DNA from: Alphaproteobacteria bacterium
GTDB taxonomy: Bacteria > Pseudomonadota > Alphaproteobacteria > SMXQ01
Direction of reading: 5' to 3'
DNA: 43,176 nt
Assembly: GCA_964229575.1 (NCBI GenBank)
Contig: CAXRES010000131.1
Span: 1 to 43,176 of the forward strand
The notes beneath the pieces are model-generated. The model did no database searches, had not been told where the DNA came from, and was given only the letters and a program-made list of their open reading frames with translations. Positions within the stretch are counted from its first letter, which is position 1, and every line of letters starts with the position of its first letter. Position numbers and translations under genes: made by a program. Positions 27,396 through 36,951 of the stretch are shown in pieces.

Positions 27396-28508
27396 ATGGC
27401 GATTCTCGACAATTTCAACGCATCCCGCGCGGGGACCACGGAAAAGAAATTCGTCCGGCCCAAGCCGTTCTACGACGCGTGGCAGGAACGCCAGGGCATC
27501 CCGGCCTATTCCAGCTTCCACATCGACGATCTCGCCGCGGTAAAGCTCGCGCACTGGGACTGGATGGGTTGCGACGCCTGTTTCGTCAACCTGGAAGACC
27601 CGTTCCTCATCACCTCGATGATCATCGAACTGAAGCCCGGCCAGAAAACGAAGCCGGTGCGCCACATGTTCGAGACCTGGGCCTTCGTCATCAAAGGCAA
27701 GGGCGAAACCCTGATCCGCCAGGACGGCGCGCCCGACGCGGTCATTCCGTGGCAGGCGCGTTCGCTGTACGGCCCGCCGCTCAACTGCACCTACCAGCAC
27801 CGCAATACCGACAGCACCGAGACGGCGCGCATCCTCATGGTGACCAACGCGCCGCTCACCATGAATCTCTACCACAACGAACGCTACGTCTTCGAAAACC
27901 CGTTCGTGTTTGAGGACCGCTATGCCGGTCAGCAGGGCTATTTCAATCCGACCTACGAAATCATCGCGCAGCGCTATGTGCGCACCAACATGGTGAAGGA
28001 CGTGCGCGACTACTACCTGCACGAATGGAAGGAGCGCGGCATTGCGGCGCGTACCGTGTTCCTCACCGGCATGAGCCATCACACCATCGGCGCGCACGTG
28101 TCGGAATTCGAGCCCGGCACCTACAAGAAAGCGCACCGCCACGGTCCGGGCGCGCACGTCATCATCCTGCAGGGCGCCGGCTATTCGCTGTGCTGGAAGG
28201 AAGGCGACGAGCCGACCAAGGTCGACTGGCGGGAGAACGCGATGTTTTCGCCGCCGGACATGTGGTACCACCAGCACTTCAACACGGGGGCGGAGCCCGC
28301 GCGCTATCTCGCGCTCAAGAGCAAGGGCGCGCCCGAGCATCCCTGCCGCATCGGCGCGCCGGGGCCGAACACCGACCCCGACTTCGCCAAAAATCACCAG
28401 ATCGAGCACGAGGACGAGGCGCCGTGGATCTACGACCTCTTCGTCTCGGAATTGAAGAAGCACGGCGCGGAGAATCACCAGCCGCGCCCGGCCTACAGAT
28501 CGCGTTGA
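27396..28508 (+). CDS. Bicupin protein, paralog B
   Basis: PVRHMFE...YQH; YKKAHRHGPGAH...WYHQHFN. Confidence 0.85.
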   Translation: MAILDNFNASRAGTTEKKFVRPKPFYDAWQERQGIPAYSSFHIDDLAAVKLAHWDWMGCDACFVNLEDPFLITSMIIELKPGQKTKPVRHMFETWAFVIKGKGETLIRQDGAPDAVIPWQARSLYGPPLNCTYQHRNTDSTETARILMVTNAPLTMNLYHNERYVFENPFVFEDRYAGQQGYFNPTYEIIAQRYVRTNMVKDVRDYYLHEWKERGIAARTVFLTGMSHHTIGAHVSEFEPGTYKKAHRHGPGAHVIILQGAGYSLCWKEGDEPTKVDWRENAMFSPPDMWYHQHFNTGAEPARYLALKSKGAPEHPCRIGAPGPNTDPDFAKNHQIEHEDEAPWIYDLFVSELKKHGAENHQPRPAYRSR

Positions 28509-28534
28509 TGGACGTTTTCCTAGGGAGGCGAAAG

Positions 28535-29920
28535 ATGAGGAACACCGTCGCTCCGCTTGCCGTCGCCTTTTCGACGGCGCTCGCCGCGTTCAGCGCTCCG
28601 GCCGGCGCGGCGGACCGTCTGCCCGCCGAAACGCTCGCCATACTCAAGTCGCTCAAGCTCGGGCCGGACGTTCTTGCCGGCATGGACGAGGAAGCGAAGG
28701 TCCCCGCCGAATGGCTCGCCAGGGCCAGGGCGGAAGGTACGGTCAACATCATCGGTTCGTGGGACCTGCCGCAATTCCAGAAACTGGCGGCCCCGTTCCG
28801 CGCGCGCTATCCCGACGTCAAGGTGTCCTATGTGCGCGGCGGCCTGCAGGACCGCGGCGTCAAGCAGGTGATCGCCTACAAGCAGGGCCGCTACATTTCC
28901 GACGTCCTCATCAGCCTGGGCGGCGAGTGGGTGAACTTCCGCGAGATCGACGCGCTGGAAGACCTGCGCCAGCTGCCGAACTACAGGCGGCTGGAAGACG
29001 ACATGCGCGAGTCTTCGGGCGCCTGGGTCGGCCAGAAGATCGCCTACCGCTGCATGGTCTACAACACCAGCAGGGTGAAGAAGGCGGAATTGCCCCGCAC
29101 CTGGGACGACCTCGTCGCCAATCCGCGATGGCGCGACGGCAAGCTCGGCGTGCCCAACCGGCCGAACCTGTGGCTCAGCATGTTGTGGCTCAAGAACGGC
29201 CCGGACTGGACGCGCGATTTCATGTCGAAGCTGTTCACCGAAGTGAAGCCCCAGCTTCGCAAGGAGGGGGCCAACGCGATGATCGGCCTCACCATCGCCG
29301 GCGAATTCGATGCCGCTGTCGCCGCCGCCGAATACCGCATCTCGCAGTACCAGAGCCGCGGCGCGCCGGTGGCCTTCCATTGTCCGTCGCCGGTGCCGAT
29401 GGCGATTTCGCTTCTGGTCGTTCTCAAGAACAATCCGCACCGCTACGGCTCGCTCGTCTTCACCAACTGGTTCCTGTCCAAGGAAGGCCAGCTCGCCCAG
29501 TTCGCCGCCGACGAGGCGATTTCCGTGCGCAAGGAATTCTACGGGCGCAAGGAATTCATGCCCTACCCCGAAGAGATCGCCGGCAAGCCGATCGCCATCC
29601 GCGACGAAGCGAAGCTGGTTCCCGAATACCCGAAGCTCATCGCCCATTACGATCCGTTGTGGAAACAATCGGGCGGCGACGGGGTCGAACCGAAGCTGCT
29701 GGTGCTCGACGTGAAACTCGCCGGGGTCAAGGGAAAGGGCCGCACCATCGTCTTCGAACACCAGGGCAAGACCACCGAAGTGACGCTGAGCGAACGGCGC
29801 ACCGCCGTCAGCATCGGCGGCGCCAAGGCCAAACGCACCGACCTCAAGCCCGGCATGTCCTGCAAGGTGACCTATCCGGGGGCGGGGCAGAGCGCCAGCG
29901 CAATCGCCTGCGCCAGATAA
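28535..29920 (+). CDS. ABC solute-binding protein with an extra C-terminal beta-rich domain
   Basis: Sec signal; ARAEGTVNI, YNT..V...ELPRTWDDL, PH...VFTNWFLSKEGQ; about 75-aa C-terminal extension; GGGAGG RBS. Confidence 0.85.
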   Translation: MRNTVAPLAVAFSTALAAFSAPAGAADRLPAETLAILKSLKLGPDVLAGMDEEAKVPAEWLARARAEGTVNIIGSWDLPQFQKLAAPFRARYPDVKVSYVRGGLQDRGVKQVIAYKQGRYISDVLISLGGEWVNFREIDALEDLRQLPNYRRLEDDMRESSGAWVGQKIAYRCMVYNTSRVKKAELPRTWDDLVANPRWRDGKLGVPNRPNLWLSMLWLKNGPDWTRDFMSKLFTEVKPQLRKEGANAMIGLTIAGEFDAAVAAAEYRISQYQSRGAPVAFHCPSPVPMAISLLVVLKNNPHRYGSLVFTNWFLSKEGQLAQFAADEAISVRKEFYGRKEFMPYPEEIAGKPIAIRDEAKLVPEYPKLIAHYDPLWKQSGGDGVEPKLLVLDVKLAGVKGKGRTIVFEHQGKTTEVTLSERRTAVSIGGAKAKRTDLKPGMSCKVTYPGAGQSASAIACAR

Positions 29921-29996
29921 CATGGCCGACACCGGCCGGGCCGGCGTCGGCGCGAGCAATACGGTCCGAACCGGGCCGGGTAAGGGGAGAAGCAAA

Positions 29997-31079
29997 TTGG
30001 CTGACACGATGAATTCCGCCGCGGTCGAAAAGAAGTTCGTCCGTCCGAAGCCGTTCTACGAGCTGTGGCAGAAGGGCGAAGGCATCCCGATCTACGAGGT
30101 CTTCCATATCGAGGACATGACCAGGGTCGAGCTTGGCCACTGGGACCGTTTCGGCTGCAATGGCGCCTTCGTCAACCTGGCCGATCCCTTCATTACCTCA
30201 TCGATGATCGTCGAGATCGCGCCCGGCGGCAAATCGAAGCCGGTACGCCATATGTTCGAGACCTGGTGCTTCATCATAGAGGGTGAAGGCGAAACCATCA
30301 TCGAACAGGAAGGCTTCCCGACCAATTCCGTGCCGTGGGGCAAGCGGGCGCTGTTCGGACCGCCGCTCAACACCACCTACCAGCACATCAATCACGACAA
30401 GCATCGCCCGGCGCGCATTCTCATGGTGACGAATGCGCCGCTGACGATGAACCTGTATCACAACGACCGCTACGTCTTCGAAAACGGGTTCATCTTCGAC
30501 GATCGCTACAAGGGCGAGAACAGCTTCTTCAACGGCGAGCGCGAATATCTCGGCGGGCGCGTCACGCGCATCAACCTGATCCCCGACACCCTGCAGTTCC
30601 GCCTGATCAACTGGAAGGACCGCGGCTTCGCCGCCAAGTCCTTCCACATGTCGATGTCCGGCCACACCATGGCCTGCCACCTGTCGGAATTCGAGGTCGG
30701 CACCTACAAGAAGGGCCACCGGCACGGACCGGGCGCGCATGTCATCATCCTGGCGGGCGAGGGGTATTCGCTCCTGTGGAAGGAAGGCGACAAGCCGACC
30801 CGGGTCGACTGGAAGGAAAATTCCCTGTTCGCGCCGCCCGAATGGTGGTTCCACCAGCACTTCAACACGGGGCCCGAACCGGCGCGCTATCTGGCGCTGC
30901 GCCGCGGCGGCAGCCCGGAACATCCGATCCGCCTCGGCATGTCGGCGGAAGGCGGCGGGCCCGACCAGATCGAGTACGAACAGGAAGATCCCTGGATTTA
31001 CGACTCCTACGCCGCCGACCTGAAGAAGAACGGCGTCGAGATCCGCCAGCCGCGGCCCGACTACAAGCCGCTCGCATAG
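29997..31079 (+). CDS. Bicupin protein, paralog C
   Basis: EKKFVRPKPFY, PVRHMFE, YKKGHRHGPGAH, WFHQHFN; start is TTG 29997 (GGGGAG RBS) or ATG 30009/29922. Confidence 0.85.
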   Translation: MADTMNSAAVEKKFVRPKPFYELWQKGEGIPIYEVFHIEDMTRVELGHWDRFGCNGAFVNLADPFITSSMIVEIAPGGKSKPVRHMFETWCFIIEGEGETIIEQEGFPTNSVPWGKRALFGPPLNTTYQHINHDKHRPARILMVTNAPLTMNLYHNDRYVFENGFIFDDRYKGENSFFNGEREYLGGRVTRINLIPDTLQFRLINWKDRGFAAKSFHMSMSGHTMACHLSEFEVGTYKKGHRHGPGAHVIILAGEGYSLLWKEGDKPTRVDWKENSLFAPPEWWFHQHFNTGPEPARYLALRRGGSPEHPIRLGMSAEGGGPDQIEYEQEDPWIYDSYAADLKKNGVEIRQPRPDYKPLA

Positions 31080-31131
31080 GCGACGCCGGTCCCGCCCCCC
31101 GTCGGGGGCGGCGGCGGCAGGGGGGCAAGGC

Positions 31132-32892
31132 ATGACCAGCAAGGCGACTGCGGCAATACGGGCCTTCGTGCCCCGTGTTTCGCTCGCCAATCCGGTGGCG
31201 CTGGTCGTCTTTGTCGCGGTGGCGGCGGCCGTGCTCGTGCCGCTCGGCTTTCTCGTGCTCGGCAGTTTTTCGCTGGCGCCGCTGCCGACCGACCTCGACC
31301 TTGCCGAACTCAGCTTCGAAAACTACGAGGAGGTCTGGCGGGAGGACGGCACGGCCCGCATCTTCCTCAACACCGTGATCTACGTCGCCGGCGCCACCGC
31401 GTTCGGCAGCGCCGTCGCCGTGGCGCTCGCCTGGCTGGTGGAACGCACCGACATGCCGGGCAAGAGCTGGATCTATGCCGGCGTGCCGATGACGCTGGCC
31501 GTGCCCAGCATGCTGCAAGCCATGGCCTGGGTTCTGCTGCTCAGCCCGCGCATCGGCTTTCTCAACAGTTTTCTTCAGGGGGTTCTGGGCATCGGCCCGC
31601 TCAACATATATTCGCTGGGCGGCATGATCTTCATCGAGGGCCTGCGCCTGGTGCCGACCGCCTTCCTGATGCTGGTGCCGCTCCTGCGCTCGATGGACCC
31701 GACGCTGGAGGAGGCCGCCGCCATGTGCGGCGCGTCTCCCGCATCCAGCCTGCGCAAGGTGACGGCGCGCCTCATGCTGCCCGGCCTGCTTGCCGTCGTC
31801 ATCTACCAGATGATGACGGCGCTCGAGGTCTTCGAGGTGCCGGGCATTCTCGGCATGCCGGGCGGCATCTACGTCTTTTCGACGAAAATCTATTCGGTGC
31901 TTCATTCGGTGACGCTGCAACCCAACTACGGCGAGGCCAACGCGCTCGCCATGGTCTATCTCGCCATCGCCATCGCAGCGACGTTTCTCTATGCGCGGGT
32001 GATCGCGCGCTCGGAACGGTTCACCATCATCACCGGCAAGGGTTACCGCCCGCGGCTGGTCGCCCTCGGGCGCTGGCGGTGGCCGGCGCTCGGCGGGGTC
32101 ATCCTCTACCTTGTGCTCGCCGTCATCCTGCCGTTCCTCGTCTTTGCCTTCACGTCCTTCCAGCCCTTCGTGCGCGCGCCGTCGGCGGAAGCCTTCGCCG
32201 GCATGACCCTGCGCAACTACGCCCATCTCATGGAGACCGCCTTCGTCGGCAAGGTGCTGGCCAACACGGCCATTCTGGTCGTCGCCGCATCGACCCTGAC
32301 GGTGGTGATTTCCTTCATCGTTTCCTACGTCATCGTGCGAACGACGTTTCGCGCGAGGCGAATTCTGGATCAGCTCGCCTTCGTTCCCCACGCCATTCCC
32401 GGCATCGTCATGGGGCTCGCGTTCCTGTGGATCTTCCTGCACCTCGACAACTGGGGCCTGCCGATCCACGGCGGCGTCACGGCCATGACCATCGCCTTCG
32501 CCGTCGGTTACATGGCCTACGGCACGCGCGCCATGAACGCCGCCATCCTGCAGGTCCACAAGGATCTGGAGGAGGCCGCCCATGTTTCCGGCGCGGCTCG
32601 CCTGCGAACCATGTGGCGGATCTTCGTGCCGCTGATGATGCCGACCCTCGTCGGCGTCTGGATATGGGTGATGCTTCATGTCATCCGCACCGCGGGCAAG
32701 CCGTTGATGCTCTATGAAGGCGAGGAAAACCAGGTGCTCGCCATCCTGATGTGGAACATGTGGGACGAAGGATACATGGAGGCGGTCGCCGCGCTGGGCA
32801 CGCTGCTGATGGTGTTTCTGCTGGTGGTGACGCTCGGTCTGCGCGCCGTCGGCTTCGGCCGCGGTCCCCGCGTTCAGGGAGAGCGTTCGTGA
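31132..32892 (+). CDS. ABC transporter permease, fused two-domain type
   Basis: LEEAAAMCGA and LEEAAHVSGA EAA loops; ERTDMPG motif shared with the other two permeases. Confidence 0.9.
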   Translation: MTSKATAAIRAFVPRVSLANPVALVVFVAVAAAVLVPLGFLVLGSFSLAPLPTDLDLAELSFENYEEVWREDGTARIFLNTVIYVAGATAFGSAVAVALAWLVERTDMPGKSWIYAGVPMTLAVPSMLQAMAWVLLLSPRIGFLNSFLQGVLGIGPLNIYSLGGMIFIEGLRLVPTAFLMLVPLLRSMDPTLEEAAAMCGASPASSLRKVTARLMLPGLLAVVIYQMMTALEVFEVPGILGMPGGIYVFSTKIYSVLHSVTLQPNYGEANALAMVYLAIAIAATFLYARVIARSERFTIITGKGYRPRLVALGRWRWPALGGVILYLVLAVILPFLVFAFTSFQPFVRAPSAEAFAGMTLRNYAHLMETAFVGKVLANTAILVVAASTLTVVISFIVSYVIVRTTFRARRILDQLAFVPHAIPGIVMGLAFLWIFLHLDNWGLPIHGGVTAMTIAFAVGYMAYGTRAMNAAILQVHKDLEEAAHVSGAARLRTMWRIFVPLMMPTLVGVWIWVMLHVIRTAGKPLMLYEGEENQVLAILMWNMWDEGYMEAVAALGTLLMVFLLVVTLGLRAVGFGRGPRVQGERS

Positions 32893-34139
32893 AGATTCCC
32901 GGCGGCTTCGGTTCTCTGCGCCGCAGTTTCGCGATCAGGGACTACCGGCTGTTCGTCATCGGCAACCTGACGTCGAACATCGGTCTGTGGACCCAGCGCG
33001 TGGCGCTCCTGTGGCTGACCTGGGACCTGACCCATTCGCCGGCGTGGCTCGGCGCCATGGCCATCGTCGAATCGGCGCCGATGCTGCTGTTCGCGCCGAT
33101 CGCCGGCGCCATCGTCGACCGCGTCGACTACTTCAAGCTGCTGCGCTTCACCCAGTCGCTGTCGCTGCTTTTTGCCGTGATCCTGGCGGCGCTGACGCTC
33201 GGCGGCTGGATGAACATCTGGTTCGTGCTGGCGATCGTTCTGGCGCGCGGGACCGTCACGGCGTTCAACCGGACCTCGCGCATGACCGTGATCTTCACCC
33301 TTGTCGGGCGCGACATGCTGGCGACCGCCGTGGCGCTCAATTCGGTGATCTTCAACATCTCGCGCTTTCTCGGCCCGGCGGTCGGCGGCAGCCTGATCGT
33401 GTTCGGGGGCGTGGGCTGGACCTTCGCCGTGGCGGCGGGCCTGTTTTTCGTCTTTACCGTGACGCTCCACATGATCGGCGCGCGCATCGCGCCGCCGCCC
33501 GAACGCGAGCACCGCTCGATGGTTGCGGAAATGGCCGAAGGCCTGCGCTACATGCTGCTGCATGACGGAATCCGGGTGCAGATCGTCATGCTGGTGATCA
33601 TCGGCTTTCTGGCCAAGCCGCTGAGCGACATGCTGCCGGGCTTCGTCGGAAACGTCTTCGGTCGCGGCCCGGAAGGTCTTGCCATCCTGACCAGTTCCTA
33701 TGGCGCGGGCGCCATGCTCGGCGCCTTCTACATGGCGAGCCGCGACAAGGGCGTGAGCGGTCTCACCGCGATCAGCATCGCCGGCGTGCTGGTGATCGGT
33801 CTCGGCACGCTGCTGTTCGTCGCCACGCCGGTCTTCATCGTCGGCTGCGTCGCCATCTTCATCATCGGGCTCGCCGCGATCATGCAGAATGTCGCCAACC
33901 AGACGCTGATCCAGACGGCCTCCGATCCGGCCATGCGCGGGCGGGTCATCAGCAATCACGGCCTGGTGCAACACAGCACGCCGGCCATCGGCGCGCTCAT
34001 CATGGGCGCCATCGCCGAACATGCCGGCCTGCGCCCCACGCTTGCCGTGGGTGCCGTGATCTGCGTGAGCCTGTGGATCTGGGTGTGGCGCCAGCGGCAC
34101 ATGCTGGTGCGGTCGCTGGAGGCGTCGGCCCGGGATTAG
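32889..34139 (+). CDS. MFS transporter (MFS_3/H+ antiporter-like)
   Basis: RDYRLF..G...SNIG.W.QR, AGAIVDR, SRFLGPA.GG, MRGRV.S; GTGA overlap. Confidence 0.88.
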   Translation: MKIPGGFGSLRRSFAIRDYRLFVIGNLTSNIGLWTQRVALLWLTWDLTHSPAWLGAMAIVESAPMLLFAPIAGAIVDRVDYFKLLRFTQSLSLLFAVILAALTLGGWMNIWFVLAIVLARGTVTAFNRTSRMTVIFTLVGRDMLATAVALNSVIFNISRFLGPAVGGSLIVFGGVGWTFAVAAGLFFVFTVTLHMIGARIAPPPEREHRSMVAEMAEGLRYMLLHDGIRVQIVMLVIIGFLAKPLSDMLPGFVGNVFGRGPEGLAILTSSYGAGAMLGAFYMASRDKGVSGLTAISIAGVLVIGLGTLLFVATPVFIVGCVAIFIIGLAAIMQNVANQTLIQTASDPAMRGRVISNHGLVQHSTPAIGALIMGAIAEHAGLRPTLAVGAVICVSLWIWVWRQRHMLVRSLEASARD

Positions 34140-34219
34140 GGCCGAAGACCCTCGCGCCCGTCGGCGATGGAGATTATCCTGTTTTCCAGCCCGCCGTTTT
34201 CCATCAAGGAGTTTTCCCG

Positions 34220-35230
34220 ATGAAGCTCGCCCCCCTTGCGCCGACCAGCGTCGGCAGCTTCCCGCGCCCCGGCTGGCTCGCCGAAACCAACCGCTCGCGC
34301 GCCAGGTTCCGCCTCGAAGGCGCGGCCCTGAAGGAGGCCCAGGACGACGCCACCATCGTCTGCCTGCATGAACAGGAAGAACTCGGTCTCGAACTTCTGA
34401 CCGACGGCGAGCAGCGGCGCGAAAGTTTCGTCTATCACGCGGCCTCGACCTGGGACGGCGTCGACATGCGCCGGAAGGGGGAAAAGGAAGTATATCGTGG
34501 CCGCGTCAATCCGCATGTGGTGCCGCGCATCGTGGGGCCCGTGCGGCGGCGCAGCGCAGCCGTGGTCGACGACCTGAAGTTCGCCCGGGCGCATACCCGC
34601 CTGCCGCTCAAGATGGCGGTGGCCGGCCCCATGACGATGATCGACAGCACGCTGAACGAGGCCTACGGCGACGAAGGCGAACTCGCCATGGATATCGCCG
34701 CGGCGGTCAATGCCGAACTGAGGGAGCTTCAGGCGGCCGGCTGCGACATGCTGCAGATCGACGAGCCGGCGATGACCCGCTACCACCGGAAGGTCTTCGA
34801 CTACGGCGCGCGCGCTCTCGATCGCTGCCTCGACGGCATCAGCGTGCCCACCATCGTGCATCTCTGCTACGGCTATCCCGGCGGGGACACGCCCCAGCAC
34901 GAGCATACCTATCCCGAACTTCTCGATGCCCTGATGAAGACGCGCATCTCGGGTTTTACCGTCGAATTCGGGCGCAGCGACTATGATCCGGCGCTGCTCA
35001 AGGCTTATGGTTCACGGCTCATCATGTTCGGCTGCATCGACCCCGGCAACACGCCGGCGCCGGGCGTGGACGAGGTCAAGCGCCGCATCGCCACGCTGCT
35101 CGATCATGTCGATCCCGCCCGCGTCATGCTCGGCCCCGATTGCGGATTGATGACGATCAGCCGCGAGCTGGCGCAGGCCAAGCTCTCGGCGATGGTCGCG
35201 GCGGCGCGCGAGTTGCGGGCGACCCTTTAG
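34220..35230 (+). CDS. Cobalamin-independent methionine synthase C-terminal-domain family (core Met synthase/epoxyalkane:CoM transferase-like)
   Basis: VGSFPRP, TDGEQRR, QIDEP, HLC and PDCG Zn ligands; AAGGAG RBS. Confidence 0.88.
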   Translation: MKLAPLAPTSVGSFPRPGWLAETNRSRARFRLEGAALKEAQDDATIVCLHEQEELGLELLTDGEQRRESFVYHAASTWDGVDMRRKGEKEVYRGRVNPHVVPRIVGPVRRRSAAVVDDLKFARAHTRLPLKMAVAGPMTMIDSTLNEAYGDEGELAMDIAAAVNAELRELQAAGCDMLQIDEPAMTRYHRKVFDYGARALDRCLDGISVPTIVHLCYGYPGGDTPQHEHTYPELLDALMKTRISGFTVEFGRSDYDPALLKAYGSRLIMFGCIDPGNTPAPGVDEVKRRIATLLDHVDPARVMLGPDCGLMTISRELAQAKLSAMVAAARELRATL

Positions 35231-35310
35231 CCGCCCGGGCGTGCGTGGGCGCGGTGTAGGCTGGAGCAAAAGCGGTCCCGCCGCGCTTTTCCGCGCGGCC
35301 ATCGGTCCGC

Positions 35311-36612
35311 ATGACGGGGGAAACGTCCGTGAATTCCACTGAGGGCGCCATTGCGCTGCGTACCCAGCTTCTGGTCTATGCCGTCGCGTTTTTCGTCGGC
35401 AGCCAGGTCCTCATCGTTTCCGTCATCATCCCGCTGTGGGCCCTTCACCTCGGCGCCTCGCCGGTGATGATCGGCCTGATCGTCTCGGCCCGCCAGGTTC
35501 TGGTCGTTGCCTTCTCCATTCACGGGGGCGCGCTCCAGGATCGCTTCGGCCCGCGTGCCGTGATCATGGTCATGGGCGTGGCGGGGGCGGGCGTCTTCCT
35601 GCTCTATCCGCTGGCGCCAAGCGCTTCCGGCGCCATCGCCCTGCAGATGGTCTCGGGCTTTCTCGAGGTCACGGGGTGGATCGGTGCCCAGGCGCTGGTC
35701 GGGGTCCTGCTCAGGGGCCAGACGGTCTATGCCGGCCGCCTGACCGCGGCGACCCGCCTCGGCGGCTTTGCCGCACCTATCCTCGCGGGACTGGCCTGGA
35801 CCTACATGGGCGCCACGCTCGCCTTCGTCGCCACGGCCCTTTGGGTACTAATGGGCACGGCGACGGCCTTCCTGCTGCCCGATACCCGGCCGAAGCGCGA
35901 ACCCGCCGAGGCGGCGCCGGAGAGCGGCCCTGCGGCGTCCGAGACGGCATCCGGGCCCGAGCCCCGGCCCGAACATCGGCCGGGAATCCTGCCGAGCCTC
36001 GCCGACTACATCACCACCTTCCGCCTGCTGGCGCTCGCGCCGGTGGCGCTGGTCATGGCCTGCACCTTCATGCGCCAGGCGGGATCGGGCATCCAGAATT
36101 CGTTCTACGGCGTGTGGCTGAAGGAGGTGGGCTTCGATGCTTCCAGCATCGGCCTGTTGCTCGGCATATCCAACGGCGTTTCGGCCTTTGCCGCGCTTAC
36201 GGTCGGCTGGCTCAGCGCGCGCGTGCGCGGCCACTGGCTGCTGATCGCCATGACCATGCTGGCGGTGGTCGCCATCGCCATCACGCCGCTGCTCGGCAGC
36301 TTTTTCGCGCTGGCCGTCGCCATCAGCCTGCGCGGCATCGGGCAGGGCTACAATTTTCCGCTGATGTTGTCGATCGCTTCGCAGGCGGTGGATTACAACC
36401 TGCAGGGCCGCGTCGCCGCGCTGCGCCTGTCGTTCAACAAGTTCGGCAGCGCGCTGGTGCCGGTCATCATGGGGGCGGTCGCGGAATTCGTCAGTCTCGA
36501 AAACGCCTTCTACCTGGTCGGCGCGATGGGCGTCGTGGCGCTGTTCGGTCTCGGCATATGGGCCGCCCGGTCGCCGGCCGTCGCCGGCGAACGAGCGGCG
36601 CGACGGGACTGA
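35311..36612 (+). CDS. MFS transporter
   Basis: About 12 hydrophobic segments, GALQDRFGPR motif A, central Pro/Glu-rich loop. Confidence 0.85.
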   Translation: MTGETSVNSTEGAIALRTQLLVYAVAFFVGSQVLIVSVIIPLWALHLGASPVMIGLIVSARQVLVVAFSIHGGALQDRFGPRAVIMVMGVAGAGVFLLYPLAPSASGAIALQMVSGFLEVTGWIGAQALVGVLLRGQTVYAGRLTAATRLGGFAAPILAGLAWTYMGATLAFVATALWVLMGTATAFLLPDTRPKREPAEAAPESGPAASETASGPEPRPEHRPGILPSLADYITTFRLLALAPVALVMACTFMRQAGSGIQNSFYGVWLKEVGFDASSIGLLLGISNGVSAFAALTVGWLSARVRGHWLLIAMTMLAVVAIAITPLLGSFFALAVAISLRGIGQGYNFPLMLSIASQAVDYNLQGRVAALRLSFNKFGSALVPVIMGAVAEFVSLENAFYLVGAMGVVALFGLGIWAARSPAVAGERAARRD

Positions 36613-36618
36613 GGCGGG

Positions 36619-36915
36619 TCAGTTGCTCTTGGCGGCAGCCGCCTTGCGCTTCTTCTGGGCGGCGTCGAGGTTCTGCAGGGCGATGCGGGCGCGCTCCATT
36701 TCCTCGGCCTGTTCGCGCAGATGGCGAAGGTCCTCGAAGGTGCCCGGATTGACCGGCCGGCCGGCCTTGATCAACCCGGCGATGTTGACCGCCGCGCTCA
36801 GCCAGTTGCGCTGCAGCGCCATCGCCGCGGGCAGCACGACCTGGGCGGCCTGCTCGGCGGAAAGCTCTACGGGCTTGCCGCCCTGTTGCGCGGTCGGGGA
36901 CTTCGTTTCGGCCAT
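36619..36915 (-). CDS. Small hypothetical protein (helical, 98 aa)
   Basis: AAGGAA RBS, co-oriented after the cupin gene, plausible composition with coiled-coil-like C-terminus. Confidence 0.6.
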   Translation of the reverse strand: MAETKSPTAQQGGKPVELSAEQAAQVVLPAAMALQRNWLSAAVNIAGLIKAGRPVNPGTFEDLRHLREQAEEMERARIALQNLDAAQKKRKAAAAKSN

Positions 36916-36951
36916 TTCTCAAGGTTCCTTTTCAGATTTTCCTGTCCGCCG

